64,000 nucleotides of DNA from Octopus bimaculoides (taxonomy: Eukaryota): the NCBI RefSeq assembly GCF_001194135.2, contig NC_068985.1, positions 17,602,703 through 17,666,702 on the forward strand. The letters are read 5' to 3'. The notes under the pieces are model-generated. The model worked only from the letters and a program-made list of their open reading frames with translations. It had not been told where the DNA came from and ran no database searches. Both the position numbers and the translations under genes were made by a program. Of this stretch, positions 25,579 through 37,900 are shown piece after piece (within the stretch, counting starts at the first letter, position 1; every line of letters starts with the position of its first letter).

Positions 25579-27473
25579 CTGGTTCTCTGTCAATTAAAAG
25601 GACAAGTGTTCCAGATGATCCAACCAATGGACCAGCCTGCTCATGAAATTAATGTGCAAATGACTGAGCAATCCACAGACACGTGTACCCTCAACACAGT
25701 TCTCAGGGAGATTCAGTGTGACACAACCCATGCTAGCATGGAAAGCGGACGTTAAATGATGACGATGACGACGACGACGACAGAGTGTGACATGGCTGGC
25801 CCTTTGAAATACAGGACAACTCATTATTGCCAGCTGGATGGACTGAAGTAACATGAAATAAAGTGTCTTGCTCAAGGACACAATGTGCCACCAGGAATCA
25901 AACCCATGACCAAATAATTGCAAGCCGAATACCATCACTGCTACCCCCGTCACCCATATATTGCAAATATACAGAAGTAATTAATTCCTTCAACCCTGAT
26001 TGTGAGATATATCTTCATCATCATCCAGTGTTTTAAATCCCGGTTTTGTCCCTGTTAACAGGGGTGGCTGGATCTACCTCAATGCCATAGCAACTGAGGC
26101 AGGCAAGTGCAACCCACCCCAACCTTTGGGCTGGCTGTTGCTCATTCTCCCTTGCTATCATGAGGCTTTTTTGGAGCTGGATTCTCTACAGGGAGCATGC
26201 TCTTGCTTATCCCCAACTTCAGTTTCTAGACATGAGTGGTCCCGAGACTAAGGCCTCGACCATGAATTTTAAGAAATGTGGTGGAAAACTAGCTCAAGAA
26301 GGCAGGCACGCTACTCCGAGACCCCTTTCAGAGCTCCACCTACCTGATTGTAAGATATCTCTTAAAAACTAAAATCTAATTGCAACTTCATAACTCGTGC
26401 AAGTTACCTACTGAGCCCATCTTTTATAAGATTATATTTTATGGGCTCTGTATTTAGCTGTATTGATTGACCAAACGTTATTTTAACAATAGCTATTCAT
26501 AACTTTTGTGTATGCAATTTTAGTGTATAATAACTAATTTTAGTGAATTTTATTTCATATGTTAAAAAAAAAAAATGATGTAACCTACACAGCTGAAAAT
26601 GAATAGGAAAAAAATGTATGTAAACAAATGGAGTGGCTGATGTTATACTGTAAATAGAGTTTTCAGAACTCACTCAAGAATGAGATAGAGGTAAGACAGA
26701 AATAGACTTTATTAAAAATATACTTTTTCTGCAATATTCCCAGTGATGTAAACTCTCTACTGCTTGAGTGAAATTGAAAAGAAAACACTTGAGACACTCC
26801 AGCAGTAACCATCCTACCTCTTTGTGTATCAAGGACTACATTTTAGTCATCTTCTAAGACTGAGAGTGTGATTTAAAGGCTGTTTGACTACTATTTCTAG
26901 TATGTATAAGTTCCTTCTTTGGTTGAATTACATACAGGTTGTAACAATTGCAAGATAAACAATGTATCTATTGATCTAAAGCATATCACTAATGGCTAAT
27001 TTTCTAAATATTTTATGAGAAAAACAATTTTAGCAAGCTATGAATCCTTGTTTGCCATATATTTTACGATGCTTATTTAATTCACTATCACTTTGTTTTC
27101 TGCATTACATTTTTCTAAAAATTCCATATACCACATGGTTCTGGGTTCAGTTCCACAGTGTGGCACCTTGGGCAAGTGTCTTCTACTATAGCCTCGGGTC
27201 GACCAAAGCCTTGTGAATGGATTTGGTAGATGGAAACTAAAAGAAGCCTGTTGTATATATGTATGTGTGTGTATATGTTTGTCACCCCAATACCGCTTGA
27301 CAACTGATGCTGGTGTGTTTACGTCCCTGTAACATAGCGGTTCAGCAAAAGAGACCGATAGAATAAGTACTAGGCTCACAAAGAATAAGTCCCGGGGTCG
27401 ATTTGCTTGACTAAAGGTGCTGCTCCAGCATGGCCACAGTCAAATGACCGAAACAAGTAAAAGAGAGTAAAGA

Positions 27474-27519
<46 letters not shown>

Positions 27520-30500
27520 CGTGAGAGAGTTAGGGGTTCGGGGTTCCACCTACTAAGGGATAGTATCTATCCAGTATACTGCTGGGAGGGTACCCAATTA
27601 TTGCTACACTAGTGCTATACTATATATATATATATGTATATATGTAAAATTATGCATTATATTCTCAAAAGAAAGGAAATATTTTCAAAGTGTCTCAAAC
27701 ACATTAACTGCTGAAAATTTTGATAAAATTTCAAGCATTGTAAAATGTTTATCCATGAAAGATATTGATTAGTGAATGCCTTAAAAATCCACTTTGGATG
27801 TAAGAGTGCAGAGAGTTTATCATGTTGAAAAGTAAATATGCTATAGAGCTTAAAGAGTTAATCAGCAAGATATATTTCATGTAAAATATTTTACCCACTC
27901 CTGATCATCATCATCATCATTTAACACCCACTGCCCATGATGGCACGATGAGGAGATGCATCAGACTCCAGTCTGATTTGACATGGTTTCTACAGCTGGA
28001 TGCTCTTCCAAATGCCACCCACTTCACAGAGTGTGCTGGACACTTTTACATGGCACTGCACAAGGTGCTTTTTCACACACACACACACATGTAAAAAATT
28101 ATTTACTTCTGAAATGCTCTTCTTCCTGCCATATCTATAGTTTTTTTTTTACATTATCCAAGGTATTTTTAACCTTTTTTTTAAAAAAGACAATAGGATT
28201 TGATTAGAGCTGAAATTTGACTATTATTTCTAGCGGGTTGAGAAACCATATCGAGGCTTCCTTGGCACATGTGATAATTGACTTACATTTGCCAAGGAAG
28301 CTCCTACATAATTATTGGGTGTGTGAATAGGGAGTGGATTCTGGATAATTTATTATCTATATTGGCGTTAGGAAGGGCATCCAGCTGTAGAAACTCTGCC
28401 AAATCAGATTGGAGCCTGGTGTAGCCATCTGGTTTTCACCAGTCCTCAGTCAAATTGTCCAACCCATGCTAGCATGGAAAGCGGACGTTAAACGATGTTG
28501 ATGATGATGATGATACTTATTTTCCCGAACAACCTCAATAGTAGAAAAAATATCATACCTCCCTTTCTTTCCAGCACGTGCTGTTCTTCCAACTCTGTGA
28601 ACATAATGTTTGATGGTACTGGGCATAGTCAAGTTAATAACCTAGAAAAAAATTAAAATTTTCATTAGATCAATAATTTCTATTAATATGCAATAATTGT
28701 GACCTCAAAGCTTATATTTTCAATGATTTCTTAGATTAATAAATATTTCGAAAGTCCCATTTCGCTATGGTTGCACTGATGAGATTATAATGACTGAGTT
28801 TTTTCATGTTACTTTAAGTTACAATTATACATTCAAATTTCATTTTCTTTTAGTTATTGAACAAACATCATTATTTAAGGAACTTCTATGGTAAAATAAT
28901 TAGTTGAATAAAAAAAAAATATATTTGTGACTGAGACAAACGTCAAATTCTCTTTAATGAGACAGTAAATATTTACTAACCGTTTTCACACCTTCAATAT
29001 CCAAGCCTCGAGCGGCCAAATCTGTAGCCAACAACACATCGATTCTGGCTTCCTTAAATCTCTTTAATGCTTCAAGACGCTTTAAGAAACAAAATAAAAT
29101 GAAACATTTAATCATCATCATCAGACAGGTGTGGCTTTTTAGGTGAAGATGCTTGCTTTCCAACCATGTAACCTCGGGTTCAGTCCCACAGTGTAGCACT
29201 TTGGGTGTCTTCTACTATAGCCCTGGGCCGACCAATACCTTGTCAGTGGATTTGGTAGACAGAAACTGAAAGGCGGTGAGCTGGCAGAAGCGTTAGCACA
29301 CTGGGCGAAATGCTTAAAGGGATTTCATCTGCCATTACGTTCTGAGTTCATGGTCTGCCGAGGTCGACTTTGCCTTTCATCCTTTCGGGGTTGTTACGCA
29401 CTGGGGTCAATGTAATCGACTTAATCCCTTTGTCTGTCCTTGTTTGTCTCCTTGTGGGCAATAAAAAAAAAAGAAACTGAAAGCAGCCCACTGTGCATCT
29501 GTATGTGGGTTTTGGTAACAGTACATTTTGGCACTAGAGCTAAACACACATGCACACAGAAATATGCATTTACAGATAGGGAGAGAGAGAGACATTATAA
29601 CTTATTAATTGAACTTGATTGCCATAAACACCTTTTCTCTCCTCACACATGTAAACTGAGAGGGGTTGAGGGAGGGAGAGAGAGAATGAAAAAAACCTTA
29701 AAACATCAGCTGTCAAATAAATCAACATTGAATCAGAGCTGCCAAAACAGCTGGTACCAAAATATTTCATACCATTTCCTAAATGGGTCTGAAGATCATG
29801 TCTTATTCATATGGTTAATTTTTGGTTTTGTTTCTACTGCTGGATGTCCTTATCACCAACCACATTACAAAGTGTACTGGGTACATTTTATCATCGATCC
29901 GGTACTAGTGATGTTTTTTTACAATTCTATGATGTATCTATACCCTAAAGCAATGTTTCTCAACCACTTTTTGCCTCTGGACTCCCTTGATTCCTATTTT
30001 ACTCGGTGGACCCTCATAGTCAGTCAATGTTTAAAAAATCCTATTATATTAAGAACTGTATAAAAAGAAATTGTTCAAATATTTTGTGTATTGTAGAAGT
30101 ATAACCATTTTATTGTACATAAATTTTAACAACAAAATCTTATTTGGATCTTCAAGGATCATATGGACTCCGGTTGAGAATCACTGCCCTAGAGTAATGT
30201 GCTAAAAAAGGTGAACAAGAGAGAGTATGGTGACAGAAGAGTCAAGAAGAAGGTCACCCGAGAGAGTGTGTGTGGGTGGGAGGGGAGAATGCTTGATAGC
30301 AATAAGAATGGAAGTGGTCAATGGTAAGACAACAAATATGGAAAAGAGTAGAAGTATTTTACCTGAGCTTGGGATAAATTTCCATGCAATTCTCCGACGT
30401 TGATCCCACATAAACCAAAAATAATATGCATTCGATGTGCTTGTTTCTTTGTTTGCACAAAAATTATACAATGGTTGCAAAATATACGACTCACTAGTGC

Positions 30501-33500
30501 TGTAAATACAAGAAATTATATAGATATGCATCAATAGATTATTGCAAAAAAAAAAAAAATTAAAAAGAAAAGAAAAAAACTGTTAATTGCCAATACAGGC
30601 TTTGAGTCTTCCAAAGATAAACACATGGAAAGTTTAAAATAATCAGGGGAGCAAGGATAGCACCCATAACTTTTGCTGGGTCACTGATATTAGTGAGAGG
30701 AAAGAAATTGTGAGTCATGAGTTGCTGCTGAAGGAAGTACACCAAGATATAGTTATCCACAGATCAGAAACCTAGAAAGAATGCTTGCAGCAGACTGGAC
30801 GCAGTTTTACTGCCTGGACCCCGGGCAAATTAAAGGTGTTAAACTTCAAAGAAGGATCAGTAAAATCATCAAATCACATCTGCTGCCCATGTTGGCATGG
30901 ATTGGACAGTTTGACAGGATTCAACAGATCAAAAGACCATGTCTTGCTCCAGGGTGTCAGTTTTGGAATGCTGCCAACAGCTGGATGCCCTTTCTAACAC
31001 CAATCATTTTACAGAATGTACTGGGTGCCCACTTATTTATATATTTCATATCACAATCTGTGAACAATACCATTGCTGCTATGAGGTTTTCAATGGACCA
31101 ATCACTTGTACACCACATTTCAGACAGCAAAAATGACAAGGAAGAGTTGTTATTTTGATGATATACATTGGCAAAAAATATTAACACATACAGGTGCATC
31201 AAATTTTCATACAGATTCCATCTAACAAGCCAGCAGAGACATAGAGTTATGAGGTCCTTTACATGTGTAGAGGACATGATCACCTCTCTAGTGCTGGTGT
31301 AATGAAAAACATGCCTTGTACACTCTAAAGCCTGCAGCTGTGAGGACCATGACATTGCTCTAGTACTGGTACCATACACTTAATTTTATTGACTTCAGAA
31401 AGATGAAGGCCAAGAGAGATCTGAACTGTAAAACTGTCATACTGTAAAACATTTAGTCTGATGCTTTACCAATTCCGTCAATTTACAACCCTTTTGTAGG
31501 AATATATTAACTTCAGTAATTATATTTCATAATCACAAAAGATTAGATCTTAAAACAATTGAGATTTCATTAAAAAAAAAAAAGTTATTTTACCTGTAAC
31601 AATGGCTTCTCTATCACCTTCTCTTGTAGGACGTATTCTAATAAACTCTTGTCTCAAGCCAAAAGCTACATCTGTGTTTTCGTTAATAAAAACTTTTATG
31701 GGTTTATCTAAAGATACTTTAGCCAGATCTTGAACCTGGAAAATGGAAAGATAAAAGAAAAAACATCATAGACCTATTTATAACCACATATTAAACAAGC
31801 ATTTAAACAATAAACTGATAAAAAGAATAAGAGATTCTCTTCCTCTCACCAAAAGGCATGGAAGGAATGGAGTCTTGTTAGTGCTTAGTCAATGAACGAT
31901 GACAATGGAGAGTAGAGAAGATTCTCTGGTTTTGCTGGGAACAAGATAACGTTTTAGTGTTGGTACCTCAACAAAATGCACTTAGTATACTGGAAAGTGA
32001 TTTGGTGTAAGAAATGGCATTCAGTCATAGAAACCATGCCAAAAATGAAGCATATGAGTGAGACTCAATCCTCTGACAGTAACAATGCATTCAACCCATG
32101 CCAGCATGGAAAAGTGGACAAAAAAAAAATGATGATAATCATTATTTGATGATGGTTTACATATTTATACCAGAACATTCAGGGATTTTGTTTGCTTATT
32201 GATATTTGCCGCAATTCAGTGCATATACATAAAACGTTTTGTATGTTATATTTTGAATTGCACACTATATCTTTCAGGTTCAAAAACTATGATGTAAAAA
32301 ACACTTTTTAATTACTGAAAGAATGACACTGTATAAAATTTAGTTGAACCATGAACTGGGTCATACAAAGTCACACTTTCTGAGTAAGGTGTAAATTGCC
32401 AAAAAGATATGGTGATGAACAATCAACTTAAAGGCTATGAGCTCAGTTACAGCAGGTATTTTTTGGTTTGTGCACTAGTACTTCATTCTACAAAATTTGA
32501 ATTCAGCTAAGTGTTAGAAATAAATATGTCTGCAAATATTACTTGCGATAGATCTGCATTAGAGCTACAATGAGATTTAGTTCATCGGTTCATTCCATAA
32601 GATTTGCTCCTACAGGTGTTATGACACACCTTAACTATTTACAAATCTAGTAAAACAATTTTTGCAGACTACGTCCAACAGGGGAGGTAAGTGTGATTAT
32701 TTAGAAACAAAAAGTATTATATACAAAATCAAAGAGAACCGATTATTTTACCTCATCAGTCATAGTTGCTGAAAATAACATGGTCTGTCGCTGTCTAGAA
32801 CATAAACGAATGATTTCTTTCATTTGTTCAGCAAAAAAGTCGTCCAACATCCTTTAAAGTGGAAAAAAAAAGTTTAAATGTTATTGTGATACATGGAATA
32901 CAAGACTGCTATAATTAAAAGGTATTAAATTAAGAAAAAGATTTTAAAAAAACACAAAAAATAAAACAGTGATTGTCACCACAATTTATACCGGCAAAGA
33001 TTTCCACTATTTCTTGTGAATGCATACAATATCTACAGCTCAACTTTCTTTCATATGCACCATAAAGTTACTGCATCCATGCAGAAACAACTCTTTTGTT
33101 GTCAAGAAATGTAGAGGTCACTCAAACTTCCTTTACCCACCTCACACACAAACTATGATGGCCCTACATGGCTGATTAAACAGCAAGAAATAGAATCCAA
33201 CTCACACCCCACCATTTCATATAAAGAAAAATACCTTAGACAGTGTCATCCATAATGTGTGTGTGTGTGTGTGTGTGTGTGTNNNNNNNNNNNNNNNNNN
33301 NNNNNNNNNNNNNNNNNNNNNNNNNNNNNNNNNNNNNNNNNNNNNNNNNNNNNNNNNNNNNNNNNNNNNNNNNNNNNNNNNNNNNNNNNNNNNNNNNNNN
33401 NNNNNNNNNNNNNNNNNNNNNNNNNNNNNNNNNNNNNNNNNNNNNNNNNNNNNNNNNNNNNNNNNNNNNNNNNNNNNNNNNNNNNNNNNNNATTACAGCT

Positions 33501-34645
33501 TGAATTCTACAAGGTATGGAATCGTACAAAGTTAATTGTTTCAAAAGGAATTTTTGTCCATTCTTCAGCTAAAACAGTCTCCAGTTCTTGTAGTGATGAT
33601 GGTGGAGGATATCGACTCCTTACTTGTTTTTCTAAAATGCACCATAAATGTTCAATAATATTGAGATCTGGGGACTCTAGTGGTCAGATAAGATGTTCAA
33701 CTTCACTAGAATGTTCCTTGTACCATTCAGTAACAACTTCAGCTGTGTGAATTGGTGCATTATCATCCTGAAAGATTGTGTTTCCCCCCAGAAACAGTTC
33801 CACAACCATAGAATGAATTTGATCAGATAAAATGCTTAAATAGTCTTGACTATTAATTTTGCCATGAAGGGAAGCCATTGGGCCGGCAGATTTCCAAGAT
33901 ATAGCCCCACAAATCATCACAGATCCTCCTTCATGTTTAACAGTTGGAAGAAGGCAGTCGGAGTCAAATGCTTCTTTTGGCTGTCTCCACATGTATACTC
34001 AGCTGGTGGTTGGAAATAAGGTAAAGGATGACTCGTCCACGAAAATAACATTCTTCCATTGGTCTAGGGACCAATTCTGTAGGTTTTTACTTCACTCTAA
34101 ATGCTTTGCAACGTTTGTTTCTGAAAGTAGTGGTTTTCTGATTGCAGCCCTCCCATGAAATCCGGTTTTGTGCAGCTCCTGGTGAACAGTTTTTACGGCA
34201 ACTAGGTTCTTGAGATGGTCATTAAGCTGTGCTGTAATTTTGGGAGCTGTACTTTTGCAATCCTTTCTAACAATTCGCATAAGAGTCCAATGGTCCCTAT
34301 CTGAAAGTTTTGGCTTTTTTCCAGAGTTTTGTTCCAACGAGGAGGTTTATCCCTCTTTGTCAAAGGCTGTCATTACATTTGAGACAGTATTTCTTGATAC
34401 ACCAAATATTTTGGCTGTTTTCGTTATGCTAGCGCCTGCCATACGAGCACCAACAATTTGACCTCTTTGAAAGTCTGACAGATCTGTCAATCTAATGAAT
34501 TTTAATTACCTTTTTCTGATGATATCTGAAAAGAAACAACAATTTAAACAAAATATATTAAGCACCACTAATAATAAATCAAAAACAAAAATAAACAAGC
34601 TGTTGATGGTTTTATAGATATTTCAAAATTATTTTGTCCAACTCC

Positions 34646-34692
<47 letters not shown>

Positions 34693-34928
34693 GGTTTGCA
34701 AGATTCTTCATGTGAATTTGTGTGTTGAAGCAAATTATGTTGCATCTGGGGAGAGTCATATTGTCTTAATGCCTTATCCAACACACCAGTTCGATTTCCA
34801 CTTATTTATTATTTACATTCTTCCAAAATTTTCATTGCTTTTGCAACCTTGTCAATGGATGACGACTCTGTCCATTATTGGAGCTGTGTTCTTTTTTTCG
34901 CCTGTCTGTGCATCAGCGTACAGGTATG

Positions 34929-34960
<32 letters not shown>

Positions 34961-37900
34961 CACACACACACACACAAAAAAAGCAGGGATGATCAAGGCT
35001 GGAACACCTTTGATAATAAATTGCCTTGAAAGAGTTGACCTGGGACTAAACAATAACAACACTATACAATTGCTTAAACATACTAAACAACAATATGACT
35101 TACCTATCAGCTTCATCTAGAACGAGGATTTCTACAGTATGGAGACTAAAATGTGGAGCATTGTGAAGATGATCAATAAGTCGACCAGGTGTTGCAATCA
35201 CAACGTCAGGACCTTTTCGTAATGCAGCTTCTTGCATTTTTAAGTCCAGACCACCTTGACGAAAAACAAAATAACACAGTATAAACTTTGTTTAACTGAA
35301 GATTATATCACTACACCCTAACATTCAGAAAAGTTCTTGTGCAACTTTTACTGACATGCTTCATGAAATTGTATCCAAGCAAAAATCACACCGACAATTC
35401 TTGTTGAGAAAACATTTATTTCTGAATCAGCTTTGAATATATGAAAAAACATGTTTTTATACAGCTTGATGTTTATACCACTGTGGAAAAGATGAGTCTC
35501 TAAATTAAATACTGAATTGCTGGAATCTATATTTACAACTGAAAATTTTTCCTAAAGGTTAAATGGTCAACTATAAAAGATATCTTTGTAGATTAAAGTG
35601 TATTTTGTTGAGCAATGACAGTAAAATTCTAGTGGTTTAGCTTGAAATTATGTACTTCCAATGACCACTATTCATTATAACAATAATTTTTATAATGTAA
35701 ATTAATAACAACACTTAATATAAAAACAAAACAAAAAAGTATCCAGTGAATAGTAAGTGATGAAGGAAATTGAAAACAGATCTTTACATGAAAATTTTCT
35801 TTTTTTTACCTACCAGCAGCAATACACATGTCTATATTTGTGAACTGAGCCAGCTGCCTAGCAACTTGGTGAACTTGAACAGCAAGTTCTCTGGTTGGAA
35901 GTAATACTAGCACTCGAGTACATGTAGAATTCTTTGGTTTGTACAAAAGTCTTTCAATGATGGGCAACATAAAAGCAGCAGTTTTACCTATAAAAATACA
36001 GATATTACTCCAAGATTACAACAGTAAGCAGAATTGCTGCACCAAATTTTTATATCTTCATCTGACATTTATATTTATCTTCAAATTTATTCAAATTTTG
36101 TTATGGTATGAATGGAAGAAAGAACAAAATAGGATGATATTCTTATTAACTTTTTATGTGTTAGTATTGGAGAAAGATGACTCCTCAAATCTTTTGAGGT
36201 TGGTGAGATTAATGATGCTTGTAAAGAAATATGTGGAAAGGTGGGAGTTTCTGAAGACTGATGTCCAGGAGAGGTTAGTGGATAAAATGTGATGAGATGT
36301 ATGGAATATCAGGAAAAAAAACAATTTTGCAAATCACCCAACAACATATCTCTCTTTCATTTTTCTGTTTACTGTATAATTTCTATTCTGCTGCTATCTG
36401 ACATTCTCGACTCCACCACTCACTCCTGGTCTCTCTGCCCCATTCATTGCTATCCATCTCATATCTTGAAGGTTCACCCTGACACTTCATTACCACTACT
36501 TTTTATTATTTTCCAGCTCAACCCAATCATTCCTAAAGACTTTTCTAAAATGTGAGTAGTCATGTAGCTCCTCTACAGCAAGAAATCTGTTCTGATCTGG
36601 CCCTTTTCTTTCATGCTCTACCCCTATCTAATTCCCATCTCCCAGCATAAAGTTTCCCCCACTCAGAACTTGAAATTTTGCAAGCTGCATGGTGAGCTCA
36701 CTATTGCTGCTGGCATGAAAAAACACCCAGTACAAGCTGTAAAGTGGCTGGTGTTAGGAAGGACATCCAACTACAAAAATCATGCCAAAATATGTTTGTG
36801 GAGCATAATGCAGTTCGTGAACCCATGCCAGCACACATCATGGGTGTGAAATGATGATGACTTTTACTGACATATAACTTCAAAATATCATAATTGTTTT
36901 CATCTCAAATAAAGTTTTCCTAATTTTTCAATCAGTAATTATCAGCAGAGGATATAAGTTCAAGAATAATAATCTGAAATAAACAATGATATATGACAGC
37001 TGAGCTTTGATCAACATCAGATATCCTTGGGTGTGTACATAGTCTAGACTAGGTTAATAGCTGAAAGTGTAACCTTAAAAACAACTCATCTCAAATAGAC
37101 AGAGAATTTTGATATTCTAAGTTATTGGAACCATATAAATAAAATAAGCACCCAGAACATATTATAAAGTGGTTGGCATTGAGAAGAGCATCCAGCTGCA
37201 GAAACCATCCCAAACTAGACATTGGCACTTGGTACATTTCTCTGGCTCACTGGCTCCTGTTGAACTGTCCAACCCAAGTCAGTATGGAAAACAAATGTTA
37301 AATGGTGAGGATATGGTGTATTCACTTGAGTGCACACATATCCACAAATATATATTTGCATCTACATTCCATGGTCCATTTGTTTAACACCCAACACTAT
37401 GACTTTGCTCCCCTGCCCCACTCTAGTCTTGATACAATCCTTTCTAAACAGATCTACTTGGCCGATCCCCTTTGCTACTTTCTTCTGTTAATAATAATAA
37501 AACTCAGACTAGGGGAAAGGTTCACTTCCAAGAAAGAAGGAAACAAGTTTTACAATCACAGGTGTAAGAAACAAAGAGGTTTGAGAGATTTATTCACAAA
37601 ATCAACACCAAATGCGAGTTTATAATTAAATATATCTTCAATAAATGTTGTACAAAGTGTTGAAAGCAGAAAAGTAACAGAAGACATACCAGATCCAGTA
37701 ACAGCACATGCACAGATGTCTCTACCCAACAATGCAACTGGTATTGTAGCAGCCTGAATTGGCATAGGTTTGTCAAACTTCATGGAAGCTAAGGCCTAAA
37801 TGAAAACCAAAAGAATTATTAATATCAGATTTAACAATAAATCTAATCATGTACGTTTTGATTTATGAAAGTATTTTCTCTCCTTTTTTTTTTTAACAAG

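Noticed and set aside
26053-26066. Perfect 14-bp palindrome CCCTGTTAACAGGG as a piggyBac end or footprint
   Set aside because: The arrangement does not match TTAA-CCC termini, and there is no partner end.
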